The notes under the pieces were generated by a model. That model was not told where the DNA came from, did not search any database, and saw nothing but the letters and a program-made list of their open reading frames with translations. From Chitinophagaceae bacterium (GTDB lineage: Bacteria > Bacteroidota > Bacteroidia > Chitinophagales > Chitinophagaceae), in the NCBI GenBank assembly GCA_040080515.1, contig JBEBIF010000001.1:1-51673 (forward strand): a DNA stretch of 51,673 bases. Reading direction: 5' to 3'. Position numbers and translations under genes: made by a program. Positions 26,920 to 35,839 of the stretch are shown here, piece by piece (positions within the stretch are counted from its first letter, which is position 1; each line of letters opens with the position of its first letter).

Positions 26920-29430
26920 ATGGGAACGGGGGTCTTCAGACACTATAGACTGTATCGTCGGCCCCCATCCCGTCGGTATATATCTACATACCCTCCTGAT
27001 CAGTCTGTTAGTATTGGTTTAGCTACTGATACTGAAACAGCTTTTTCAATAACTCCTACACCAGGGAACACTGATGTTCCAGTTGGACTCGCTACCGAAA
27101 CTGATACTAGCTTTAGCAATACTCCAACTGGTGGCGATGTCAGTGTTGCTGTTGAACTCTCTACCGAGACGGATACGGCGTTTACAAACACGCCAACCCC
27201 AGGAGATCCAAATCCGGCTATTGGTTTGGCGTCGGAGACTGATACTGGTCTCACTATCACACCTACCGGCGGGGACGCAAGTCAAACTGTCGGTCTCTCC
27301 ACAGAAACCGATACTGGATTTACAGTAAGCCCTAGTAGTGATATCAGTGTTGCTCTAGGGCTGTCTTCTGAGACTGACACTTCATTTAGCGTCACTCCTA
27401 CAGCAGGTAATGTAGACGTTCCAATAGGTCTAGCAACTGAAACTGATACGGCATTTAGTGTTGCCCCTAATGGATCTCCATTCAAGATACTGGAGAACAT
27501 TGGTCTAGGTAGTGCTAGCACTCAGGATATTACTATCCATAGCGCTACTGTTGGCGCAGACATATGGCTAGTTATAACTTCCAATGCGACCATAACTACG
27601 CCTGCTGGATGGGCTCTTAAAGAGAGTTACGTCTCTAATAATGTCACGTATATATGGAAGCTAGATGGGGCATCTAATCCTGGTGGGGATGTCAACGTCT
27701 CTCTAGTACAGAGTGCTTCTCGTGCTATAGCTGGATTTGCATTCCAATCATATCTGGAGAGTGGTACATCCTATATAGATCTAGTCACTCCCAGCAGTAA
27801 CTCCGGTGATCCAGTTGGTACAACTGCCCACACATTCAGTTCTAAACATAATGTCATAGCTATATTTGATACTTACTTTAGTGCTGGTACTCCTGGGGCA
27901 TTTACTGTTGTATCCTATGATAATGGATTTACTTCATTTGTAGATACGGGCTGGATCGGTAGTGGTACAGCTCCTGACGATGCTGTTAGGATTTGGGCTG
28001 GATTCGCTAACGATAAGGGATTTACATCTGATGGCGTAACTGTAGATCTTAGTGCCTCGGCTTCTCTCATAGGCTCAGTTGGTTTCATTGCATTCGATGA
28101 TACTGGAGCATTGGCAAATGTCCTAGTCATTGGTCTTGCAAGTGAGACTGATACTGCGTTTAGTGTTACTCCCACTCCTGGAGATGCAAGTCTTGCGTTT
28201 GGGCTTGCACAAGAAACAGATACCGGATTCGATGTAACACCTACTGCCGGTGCAGTATCTAATGCAATTGGATTAGCATCTGATACTGAGACTGCATTTG
28301 ATATATCACCATCTAGTGCTAGTGGTATAGCAGTTGGACTAGCAACTGAAACGGATACTGCATTTAGTGTTACTCCTAGTGGTGGTGCAGTTAGCGTTGC
28401 GATAGGTCTAGCAACTGAGACTGATTCCGCATTAGCAATCAGTATCTCTATTGATCAGACCTATGAGGCTATTGGGACAGACGAGTTTGATTCTGGTCTA
28501 CCGATAGTTCCAACTGGTGGCGCTGTAAGCGTAGCTATAGGTCTTGCATCTGAGACTGATACAGCATTTACGATAAGTGCAACACTTGCTGGTGAAGTTG
28601 CTGTAGGCCAAGCAATCGAAACTGACACTGCCTTTAGTATCACGCCTAGTGGTAGTGCGGTAAGTCTAGCAATCGGTCTATCTAGTGATACAGAGACTGG
28701 CTTCTCTGTAACCCCTACTTCTGGTAATGTAGATGTAGCGATCGGTATAGCTCTAGAAACTGATAGTGCGTTCTCTATTACAACTAATAGCGATCAAGCT
28801 ATTGATATAGGTCTTGCACTAGAGACTGATACGGCTTTTAGTGTCACGCCGACTGCGGGTAATGTTGATGTTCCTATAGGGCTAGCTAATGAATCCGATA
28901 CTGCATTTAGTGTCACTGTAGATGCTAGTACTAACGTAGCGATTGGTCTAGCGACCGAAATCGATAGTGCATTTAGTGTTGGTGCAGCAGGTGACAATAT
29001 CCAGCCTATCGCTAGGGCTGATGAGGTTGATACAGCATTTGATATTACTCCATCTATATCTCTATCTAATGCTGGTATAGGTACAGCTACAGAATCAGAT
29101 AGTGCATTTGATGTAACTCCATCTGGTGGATCTGTAAGCAATGCTATAAATCTATCTAGTGAGATTGATACAGCATTTAGTATCATACCATCAGCAGGCA
29201 ATGTAGATGTGTCGATAGGTATAGCGGTAGAAACTGATTCAGCATTCTCCATGGTAATAGTACCAGGTGCTGCATTCTTGCAGATGGGTATAGCGACTGA
29301 AACAGATACTGCTCTACCGTTTGTATTGGGAGATTTGATCCCGGCTAGATATAGAATCAGGGCTATATCTAATCCTAGACATTTTAGTGTTTCTGCAAAG
29401 AGACGTACTTTTACGGTACCTTACGGCTAG
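26920..29430 (+). CDS. Long repeat fibre protein: about 20 or more copies of a ~26-aa IGLATETDTAFSVTP unit interrupted by one globular domain
   Basis: Repeats visible in the translation. Confidence 0.8.
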   Translation: MGTGVFRHYRLYRRPPSRRYISTYPPDQSVSIGLATDTETAFSITPTPGNTDVPVGLATETDTSFSNTPTGGDVSVAVELSTETDTAFTNTPTPGDPNPAIGLASETDTGLTITPTGGDASQTVGLSTETDTGFTVSPSSDISVALGLSSETDTSFSVTPTAGNVDVPIGLATETDTAFSVAPNGSPFKILENIGLGSASTQDITIHSATVGADIWLVITSNATITTPAGWALKESYVSNNVTYIWKLDGASNPGGDVNVSLVQSASRAIAGFAFQSYLESGTSYIDLVTPSSNSGDPVGTTAHTFSSKHNVIAIFDTYFSAGTPGAFTVVSYDNGFTSFVDTGWIGSGTAPDDAVRIWAGFANDKGFTSDGVTVDLSASASLIGSVGFIAFDDTGALANVLVIGLASETDTAFSVTPTPGDASLAFGLAQETDTGFDVTPTAGAVSNAIGLASDTETAFDISPSSASGIAVGLATETDTAFSVTPSGGAVSVAIGLATETDSALAISISIDQTYEAIGTDEFDSGLPIVPTGGAVSVAIGLASETDTAFTISATLAGEVAVGQAIETDTAFSITPSGSAVSLAIGLSSDTETGFSVTPTSGNVDVAIGIALETDSAFSITTNSDQAIDIGLALETDTAFSVTPTAGNVDVPIGLANESDTAFSVTVDASTNVAIGLATEIDSAFSVGAAGDNIQPIARADEVDTAFDITPSISLSNAGIGTATESDSAFDVTPSGGSVSNAINLSSEIDTAFSIIPSAGNVDVSIGIAVETDSAFSMVIVPGAAFLQMGIATETDTALPFVLGDLIPARYRIRAISNPRHFSVSAKRRTFTVPYG

Positions 29431-29452
29431 GAGAATATACTAGCGTATGCCA

Positions 29453-29481
29453 TTGCATATAAATGTGAAAGGTTGTATAGT
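29453..29481 (+). promoter_or_regulatory. Sigma70-type promoter for the capsid module
   Basis: TTGCAT, 17 nt, TATAGT; ATG at 29491. Confidence 0.55.
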
Positions 29482-29490
29482 GGAGGTAGT

Positions 29491-30702
29491 ATGAGTACAA
29501 ATAGGTTCTTACTTAGCTCTGCTGATCAAGGGTATGCGAGTCATATAACTGATCTCAAGAGTATAGAACTTTCAGAGACTGATCAAAGTTCCTGGGTTCA
29601 AGCGCTCCCTATGGGTACTTACCGTCATCCTTCAATGGGGAAGATGGTATTTGATGAACTTACCCTAAGTGAATTTGAGCGCAATTGGCGTAACAATTCT
29701 CGTGGCCAAGATTTGGATATTGATCTTGAGCACAAGCAATTTAGTTCTGAAGCTGCGGGTTGGGTTAGCGATCTTAGAATTGATCTGGACAACCCAGATA
29801 CTAAGAAGCGTGGTCTTTGGTACAAGATTGATTGGACACCATTGGGGGCAAAGAAGCTCTCAGATCGTGTCTATAGATATTTCTCTACGGATTATTTCAC
29901 TAAGTGGGTTAATCCGTCTGGGGACGAATTCAGTAATATTCTAAATGGAGGTGCGCTCACTAATCGACCTATCCTAAAGGGCATGCAGCCCATTGTATTG
30001 TCGGAAGATAATGAAAGGTTAATAATGAATCGGGAAGCTCTAGAGAAGCTAGCACGCTCCCACGGTATTAGTGTCACTGCTGAAATGTCTGATGCTGAAC
30101 TTCAGACTCAGATTGAGGCAGCCGTCATTGCTCAGAGCGATCCCGATCCTTCTGACGATGACAATGATAAGGATACCGATGGTGATGATGATGGGGATCA
30201 GGAGCCAGAGATTGTTGGCGCCACTCAGCTCAGTGAGACTGATTTGAAGAATCCTATCGTTCGGGCGCTGTTGAGTGAGCGTAAGGCTACTGATGAGCGG
30301 TTGGCCAAGATTGAGGCCGCTTATAAGCTGAGTGAGACTAATCGTCAGCTCAGTAATATCGGTGGTAAGGATTATGTCCTTACTCCTAAGGTTATAGATA
30401 AGTTGCGTCCTGTGATGCTGAGTGCGTCTCAGGAGTCCGGTACAGCGATCCTTGAGGTTGTTAAGGAAATTGCTGCTGGTGGTATTAAGCAGCTTGGAGA
30501 GCTTGGCAGTACTCGACAGGGTGATCGTGGCGAGCGCAATAACGCCACTGTCCTCAGTGAATTCGAGCAGATTGCACGTAAGCTCTCTGAGGGTAGTGAA
30601 GGCAAGATTAACTATGCCGACGCTATGGAGCAAATTGCTACTGAGCAGCCCGACCTGTACTGGGATTACATGGAGGCTCAGCAGAGTGGGGGTAACCGAT
30701 AA
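29491..30702 (+). CDS. Mu gpI-like prohead protease/scaffold
   Basis: IDLEH, AAGWV, WT-x-x-G, YRYFS, ALTNRP; helical C-terminal scaffold region. Confidence 0.88.
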   Translation: MSTNRFLLSSADQGYASHITDLKSIELSETDQSSWVQALPMGTYRHPSMGKMVFDELTLSEFERNWRNNSRGQDLDIDLEHKQFSSEAAGWVSDLRIDLDNPDTKKRGLWYKIDWTPLGAKKLSDRVYRYFSTDYFTKWVNPSGDEFSNILNGGALTNRPILKGMQPIVLSEDNERLIMNREALEKLARSHGISVTAEMSDAELQTQIEAAVIAQSDPDPSDDDNDKDTDGDDDGDQEPEIVGATQLSETDLKNPIVRALLSERKATDERLAKIEAAYKLSETNRQLSNIGGKDYVLTPKVIDKLRPVMLSASQESGTAILEVVKEIAAGGIKQLGELGSTRQGDRGERNNATVLSEFEQIARKLSEGSEGKINYADAMEQIATEQPDLYWDYMEAQQSGGNR

Positions 30703-31082
30703 TGTCGGGTCCTGGCTATATTTTTAATCGTCCGTTTACTCCGGGCGGTGCTATTACCCAGTTCCGCCTAGTGAAGTTTAGTGCTACTGATACTGTTGTT
30801 CAGTGCACCGCTGCTGCTGATAATCCTATCGGTATTGCTCAGGAAACTATTTCTGCTCAAGATGTCACTGATGGTCGACAGGTTTCTGTCGCTCTGTTCG
30901 GTGCGGCTCGGGCTATCGCTGGTGCAGCTATCACTGCTGGTGCAGTTCTTATGAATGACACCAGTGGTCGAGTCATTACTGCTACCTCTACTAACTTCGC
31001 TGTTGGTCGAGCAATCCAGGCCGCTAGCAATGCTGGGGATCATCTTGATATTATCCTGAACCCCGCTGGAGTGGTGATCTAA
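30702..31082 (+). CDS. Capsid cement/decoration protein (DUF2190-like)
   Basis: AGAAITAGA-x-L-x-x-D-x-x-GR...VGRA-x-x-AA-x-x-AGD. Confidence 0.8.
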   Translation: MSGPGYIFNRPFTPGGAITQFRLVKFSATDTVVQCTAAADNPIGIAQETISAQDVTDGRQVSVALFGAARAIAGAAITAGAVLMNDTSGRVITATSTNFAVGRAIQAASNAGDHLDIILNPAGVVI

Positions 31083-32059
31083 TGACTGTTTATGATCCTC
31101 GTGGTGGCGGTAACGTCCACATCGATCGGGCTCTTACTGAGATTTCGGTTGCTGTTAATAACAACGGTTTCATTGCTGATCAGATTGCTCCTACTGTACG
31201 AGTGCAGAAGCAGAGCGATAAGTATTACATCTTTGGCCGTGAAGGCTGGGTTCTTGAGCCCGGTTCTGATATGCGTGCTCCTAACTCAGGTGCCTATGAG
31301 GTTCCTGGTTTGGCTGTCTCTCTGGATAGCTATTTCTGCCAAGAGCATGCTCTCCAGATCGGCGTTGCGGATGAGGAACGAGAGAATGCTGATTCTCCAC
31401 TCTCTCCTGATCGTGACGGTACGGAGCTGATTACTTCCAAGCTTCTGTTGGGTCGTGAGCTTATTGTTCAAGGTCTGTGCTTGACTGCTGCCAATTATGG
31501 CTCAGGTTATAGCACTACTCTTTCTGGTACGGCTCAGTGGAGCGATTATACTAACTCTACTCCTACCGTTAATATCAAGACTGGCATCCGCAAGATCCAT
31601 GCCGGTATGTTCACTGAGCCTAACGCTGCTGTGATTCCTTACTCAGTGATGAGTATTCTTGAGGATCACACTGCGTTTGTGGATCGTGTCAAGTACACGT
31701 CTGCTGCGTCTCTGACTTCTGATATTGTGGCTCGTCTTTTGGGCGTGCGTAACGTCGTGATCCCTGGTGTTGGTTATAACAGCGCTCGTATGGGTCAGGC
31801 CGAATCTCTTGCTTACATTTGGGGCAAGGATGTGTTTATGTACTATGCACCGGACCGTCCTGGGCGTAAGATGCCGGCATTTATGTACGAGTTTGTCTGG
31901 CCGCTTGGTGGTCAGGTTCAGGCTGTTGATCGTTTCCGTGATGAGAATCGTATCTCTTATATCATTCGTATTCGCCGGCGTTACGATCACAAGTTCATTT
32001 CACTGGACGGGTCCAGCAAGGCTATTGCTGGCTATCTGATCAAGGCGGCTGTTGCCTAA
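31082..32059 (+). CDS. Major capsid protein
   Basis: LT-x-IS-x-x-x-x-N-x-x-FIAD-x-I-x-P-x-V-x-V, WSD-x-x-NS-x-P; size and position. Confidence 0.9.
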   Translation: MTVYDPRGGGNVHIDRALTEISVAVNNNGFIADQIAPTVRVQKQSDKYYIFGREGWVLEPGSDMRAPNSGAYEVPGLAVSLDSYFCQEHALQIGVADEERENADSPLSPDRDGTELITSKLLLGRELIVQGLCLTAANYGSGYSTTLSGTAQWSDYTNSTPTVNIKTGIRKIHAGMFTEPNAAVIPYSVMSILEDHTAFVDRVKYTSAASLTSDIVARLLGVRNVVIPGVGYNSARMGQAESLAYIWGKDVFMYYAPDRPGRKMPAFMYEFVWPLGGQVQAVDRFRDENRISYIIRIRRRYDHKFISLDGSSKAIAGYLIKAAVA

Positions 32060-32469
32060 TGGCTGATGAAAAGAGCACTTCACAGGATACTGCTACTAAG
32101 CAGCCTACTAAGTTGTACTGTGCTACTGATATTGTGCACGGTTACGTTCGTACCGAAAGTAATGGTAATGCTGTCACTGATCGTGATGGTCGAGCTGTTA
32201 CTGATACGGTGCGACTCTCTTATGGTGACGAATTCAAGGCCGATAATTTCACTAAGGAAGAGATTGCTGGTCTCATTGAGGCAGGTGCTCTTACTCGTGT
32301 GAATCCTCTTCCTGATAAGACGGATGAGGTTACCTTGGATGACATTGAGGATATTGTTGGAACTATGGATCCTGCCTTTGTGACAGGTGCTACGGTTTCA
32401 GCTACATCTGATACTCCGAAGGATGAGATGCCCCCGGGCAAGACTGTTCCTCCTGAGAAGGACAAGTAA
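32059..32469 (+). CDS. Hypothetical head-associated protein
   Basis: Follows MCP; GD-x-F...LIEAGAL motif. Confidence 0.6.
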   Translation: MADEKSTSQDTATKQPTKLYCATDIVHGYVRTESNGNAVTDRDGRAVTDTVRLSYGDEFKADNFTKEEIAGLIEAGALTRVNPLPDKTDEVTLDDIEDIVGTMDPAFVTGATVSATSDTPKDEMPPGKTVPPEKDK

Positions 32470-32474
32470 TTTAA

Positions 32475-32927
32475 ATGTCATATCTCAAGACCAGTGATGT
32501 TCAGACGTGGCTTCAAAGCTCTAAATATCCTATCTCTAGTGTTGAGGATGGGTTTGAAACTGCTGCGAAGGTTTATACGTTTGGAGAGATTGGTCAGAGG
32601 TATGATGTTAGCTCGTGGATAGATTCCACGAATACTCCTTCTCTTGTACTCACAATACTTGCTATGCAAGTTGCGGCGTATGAGCTTAGGAGAGCAGGCG
32701 GAGAGGAAGATGGCCGTACCACTTACGCAGATAAGCTAGAACAGCGTGCGTCTGATATGGTTACTGCGATAGTAAGTGGTACGGCCATCTTGCCTGGTGA
32801 AGATATAGCAACTGATGGTGCATTAGGATTGGGACCTGCATTCTTTCCATTAGAGGGATCAGATCTATTAGATCCTTGTGATCCTGGATTTGCTCCATTG
32901 TTCTTCAAGATGGATCAGAGATTCTAA
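32475..32927 (+). CDS. Head-tail adaptor (Mu gp36-like)
   Basis: MSY-x-x-x-x-DV, RY, P-x-LV-x-x-I-x-x-x-x-x-AY-x-L. Confidence 0.7.
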   Translation: MSYLKTSDVQTWLQSSKYPISSVEDGFETAAKVYTFGEIGQRYDVSSWIDSTNTPSLVLTILAMQVAAYELRRAGGEEDGRTTYADKLEQRASDMVTAIVSGTAILPGEDIATDGALGLGPAFFPLEGSDLLDPCDPGFAPLFFKMDQRF

Positions 32928-33427
32928 TGCCGTTTGCTGTTACGTGGTCTCCATCCCCTAACCAGGTAGCTGCTGAATTTGATCAATGGGGTAGAAACAT
33001 AAAGTCTCTCAAAGAACCTCTTGATAGAATTATTCGTGAGGTTTGCATTCCTGCCATAAAGACTCAATTCTCTGAAGAAGGTGTGCCAGAGTGGCAACCT
33101 CTTGCAGAATTCACGATCAATAAAAAGGGTAGTGATCGTATACTTTGGGAGACTGGTGAGCTTGAAAAGCAAGCCGCACTTATAAAGAACTGGACAGTAA
33201 AGGGTCCAGAGGGTAAAGCTACTTTAGATAAGCTTAGCAATTCTGTCTTCTATGGTTATTTGCATCAGACAGGATTTGTTAACTGGGTTACAGGTAGACA
33301 AACTGCTGCACGTGTATGGGGAGCGTTCCTTCCTGGAGACGCTGAGAGGGCGTCTGAAATAGTTTGGGATTTCTTCCAGGATAGAGCAACTAAAGATCTT
33401 AGAATGGCGATAGTAGGCGTGGGCTAA
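32927..33427 (+). CDS. Virion morphogenesis / tail completion protein (Mu gpG/P2 S-like)
   Basis: F-x-x-EG-x-P-x-W-x-PL-x-x-x-T, IL-x-x-TG-x-L, Y-x-x-x-HQ-x-G. Confidence 0.8.
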   Translation: MPFAVTWSPSPNQVAAEFDQWGRNIKSLKEPLDRIIREVCIPAIKTQFSEEGVPEWQPLAEFTINKKGSDRILWETGELEKQAALIKNWTVKGPEGKATLDKLSNSVFYGYLHQTGFVNWVTGRQTAARVWGAFLPGDAERASEIVWDFFQDRATKDLRMAIVGVG

Positions 33428-33918
33428 TGCCTACGACGCATAGAGCATCGGTTATCAGTGACTATTTCATCAGACAGTTGAAGCTGATTGCTGGACAATT
33501 TGGTATTAAGCAGATCATGTATGGAGATACTAATATAGTAGGTGCAGCTCCTATTGTATGTATTCTTCCAGCAGTAGTTGGACGTGAATTTGCTAGCAGT
33601 TCTGCTGGTACTAGAAACAGCTTTGAAGTTAATCTACTTGTATACAGTACTTCTCTTAGAGAAGGTATGGAAACTGTCCAGAGAAATCTAGATATTCTCA
33701 CTGAGGATATAGGAGATTATTTCTCTGTGAAGGCTTCAGGTCTAGCACTTTCAACTACGTTGCGTGGTGTGGAGGTAACAGGAGATCTATTAGGAGGGCT
33801 AATAACTCAAGGTCTATCCAGTCGCACCGAATACGATTTCAAGGTTCTTGGAGACGAAAGGATGCGAATGAATAGAATTATCTTCACAGCAATGTCTAGA
33901 ACTGGATTGGTGGAATAA
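33427..33918 (+). CDS. Putative tail terminator
   Basis: Size and synteny. Confidence 0.55.
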   Translation: MPTTHRASVISDYFIRQLKLIAGQFGIKQIMYGDTNIVGAAPIVCILPAVVGREFASSSAGTRNSFEVNLLVYSTSLREGMETVQRNLDILTEDIGDYFSVKASGLALSTTLRGVEVTGDLLGGLITQGLSSRTEYDFKVLGDERMRMNRIIFTAMSRTGLVE

Positions 33919-34208
33919 TGGGTAAGGTAAGTGTTTGGGTTCCTAATAGCGATCCTGGAACTACAGTGGAAGTCTTTATGCAAGGTATCATGCCTAATAA
34001 GACTTCTAAGATAGTGGATGGACCTATTTATAGGTACAGCCCTATAACCGGTGAAGTTGAAGAGGTTGATGAACTGATCATCGGTGAGCCTATTCCTTTT
34101 GGTGAGGAATGGGCAGAGCCTGAGCCCCCACCTCCGCTCCCGGATGAGCCTGAGTCTGAGACTGACCCTAATTTCTTCTCGAACCCTGTTGAAGAGGGAG
34201 ATAAGTAA
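33918..34208 (+). CDS. Hypothetical protein
   Basis: TAATG coupling on both sides. Confidence 0.6.
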   Translation: MGKVSVWVPNSDPGTTVEVFMQGIMPNKTSKIVDGPIYRYSPITGEVEEVDELIIGEPIPFGEEWAEPEPPPPLPDEPESETDPNFFSNPVEEGDK

Positions 34209-35140
34209 TGCCTTTCGGTATTGGTGCTGCTGGTATCGTAGGGGTTGCGTTTGAAACTACGGCTGGTACGTATGTTGCTCCTGCTAAATTTATGCCTCTG
34301 GTCTCAGAGAGTCTTGAGTTTAATCAGGAAGTAACTAAGCGTCGAGTCATTCGTGGTACGCCTGATCCAATCGGTTCTGTTAAGGGTAATGGTGTTGTTG
34401 GTGGTGATATCAGTGTTGAGGTTCTCCCTGATGTCTTGCCCTGGTTCCTGTATGCGTCTCGCTGCACTGTAGTCAAGACTGGTTCAGGTCCTTACACCTA
34501 TGTCGCTACTGGTAACAGTTCTGGTAGTCCTACTTCTGGACGTACTCTTTCTATCACTATTGTCCGCAATGGTGTTGTGTTCGGCTATACCGGCTGTATA
34601 GTTGCATCCTCGGATTACTCCGTCAAGGATGGTGTGCTCCAGGCTAGTCATAAGATTGTAGGTATGGATGAGGCTACGCAGAGTAGTCCTACTCCTACTT
34701 GGCCTACCTCTGTGCCATTCGGTATGGGTACCTATACTCTGAAGTTTGATACGGTCACTGATGCGACTGTATCCGACATGACCATTTCTATTGATGATAA
34801 TGGTCAGGCAGAGTTTCGTTTGGCCGGTACAACTGGTGCCGATGTGGTTCGATTCGGTGAGCGTACCACTAAGATCTCTGTCACTAGAGACTTTATAGAC
34901 CGTACCGAATATAATAAGTATCGTGCTTTGACTGCTGAGAACTTTGATCTTACAGTACTTAATGGAACTGAGTCTGTAAGGTATCAAATTCCGGTTGCAG
35001 TTATGGATAGTTATGAAATCGGTATGAGTAACCCTGGAGATATGATCCGAGCCAAGATCGACTTTATGGGTGATTATGATGCAACTACTACAGCTTCTTG
35101 GAAGATCACAGTGGTTGCTAATACTGAGAATATTACTTAA
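34208..35140 (+). CDS. Major tail tube protein
   Basis: ETTAGTYVAP N-terminus, beta-rich, upstream of chaperone and TMP. Confidence 0.85.
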   Translation: MPFGIGAAGIVGVAFETTAGTYVAPAKFMPLVSESLEFNQEVTKRRVIRGTPDPIGSVKGNGVVGGDISVEVLPDVLPWFLYASRCTVVKTGSGPYTYVATGNSSGSPTSGRTLSITIVRNGVVFGYTGCIVASSDYSVKDGVLQASHKIVGMDEATQSSPTPTWPTSVPFGMGTYTLKFDTVTDATVSDMTISIDDNGQAEFRLAGTTGADVVRFGERTTKISVTRDFIDRTEYNKYRALTAENFDLTVLNGTESVRYQIPVAVMDSYEIGMSNPGDMIRAKIDFMGDYDATTTASWKITVVANTENIT

Positions 35141-35186
35141 TATTGTATCTGCAATACTTTTTGTAGATATATTAGATACAATATTA
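35138..35186 (+). terminator. AT-rich inverted repeat after the tail tube gene
   Basis: taatattgtatct / agatacaatatta. Confidence 0.45.
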
Positions 35187-35222
35187 TCAATAATAACAGC
35201 CATAATTAAAAGGAGTAAGAGA

Positions 35223-35609
35223 ATGCCAATCGTACAGGTTTCGGATGCACCCGTCCGGTTTGAGCTGGAAACGGCTCCGCCGGACGGGTACGTTATGCTT
35301 AAGCGTCTTTCCTATGGACAGAAGCTGCTACGTGGTGAGAGTGCGTTTGATACTACGGTCCAGGGTGAGGGCCGTAATACAATGATGTATGTTGCAAATC
35401 AGCGACGTAAGGTTCAAGCATTGGATTTTGCTGCTTGTGTTGTTGAGCACAATCTCACTTATATTGATGATGCTACGGGTAATGAGTGTCCTTTCGATTT
35501 CAAGAGTAGTTGGTGGCAGGACAAACTTGATCCTAGGGTCGGTGAGGAAATAGAAACTCGCATTGACTCTATGAACAACTACGAAAAGGTGGAAGGGCCA
35601 AAAAACTAG
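35223..35609 (+). CDS. Tail assembly chaperone (short form)
   Basis: AAGGAG RBS before ATG at 35223; between tail tube and TMP. Confidence 0.8.
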   Translation: MPIVQVSDAPVRFELETAPPDGYVMLKRLSYGQKLLRGESAFDTTVQGEGRNTMMYVANQRRKVQALDFAACVVEHNLTYIDDATGNECPFDFKSSWWQDKLDPRVGEEIETRIDSMNNYEKVEGPKN

Positions 35610-35833
35610 CTAATCGAATTCAACTACGGGTCGCTGGTGCTGGAAATACAGGCAGAGATCGTGAAGTAGATGAATTCGAGAAACTATATATGCTCTGCAA
35701 GTCATTCAATTCTCTTCCTGGTCCTGGTGGGATCATGGAACAGGATAGTTACTTAATGTATGGTCTGCTACATTTCCAACATTATGTGAATGAGCATCAA
35801 CGCAGAGAGAATGAAAAACGATCTAGGAAATAA
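35223..35833 (+). CDS. Tail assembly chaperone, -1 frameshifted long form
   Basis: Slippery A AAA AAC at 35600-35606; -1 frame open to TAA at 35833 (LANRIQLR...LCKSFNSLPGPGGIMEQD...). Confidence 0.8.
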
Positions 35834-35839
35834 GGCGGC

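Noticed and set aside
26920-29430. DGR template/variable repeats
   Set aside because: No reverse transcriptase; the repeats are protein-level, not adenine-specific variants
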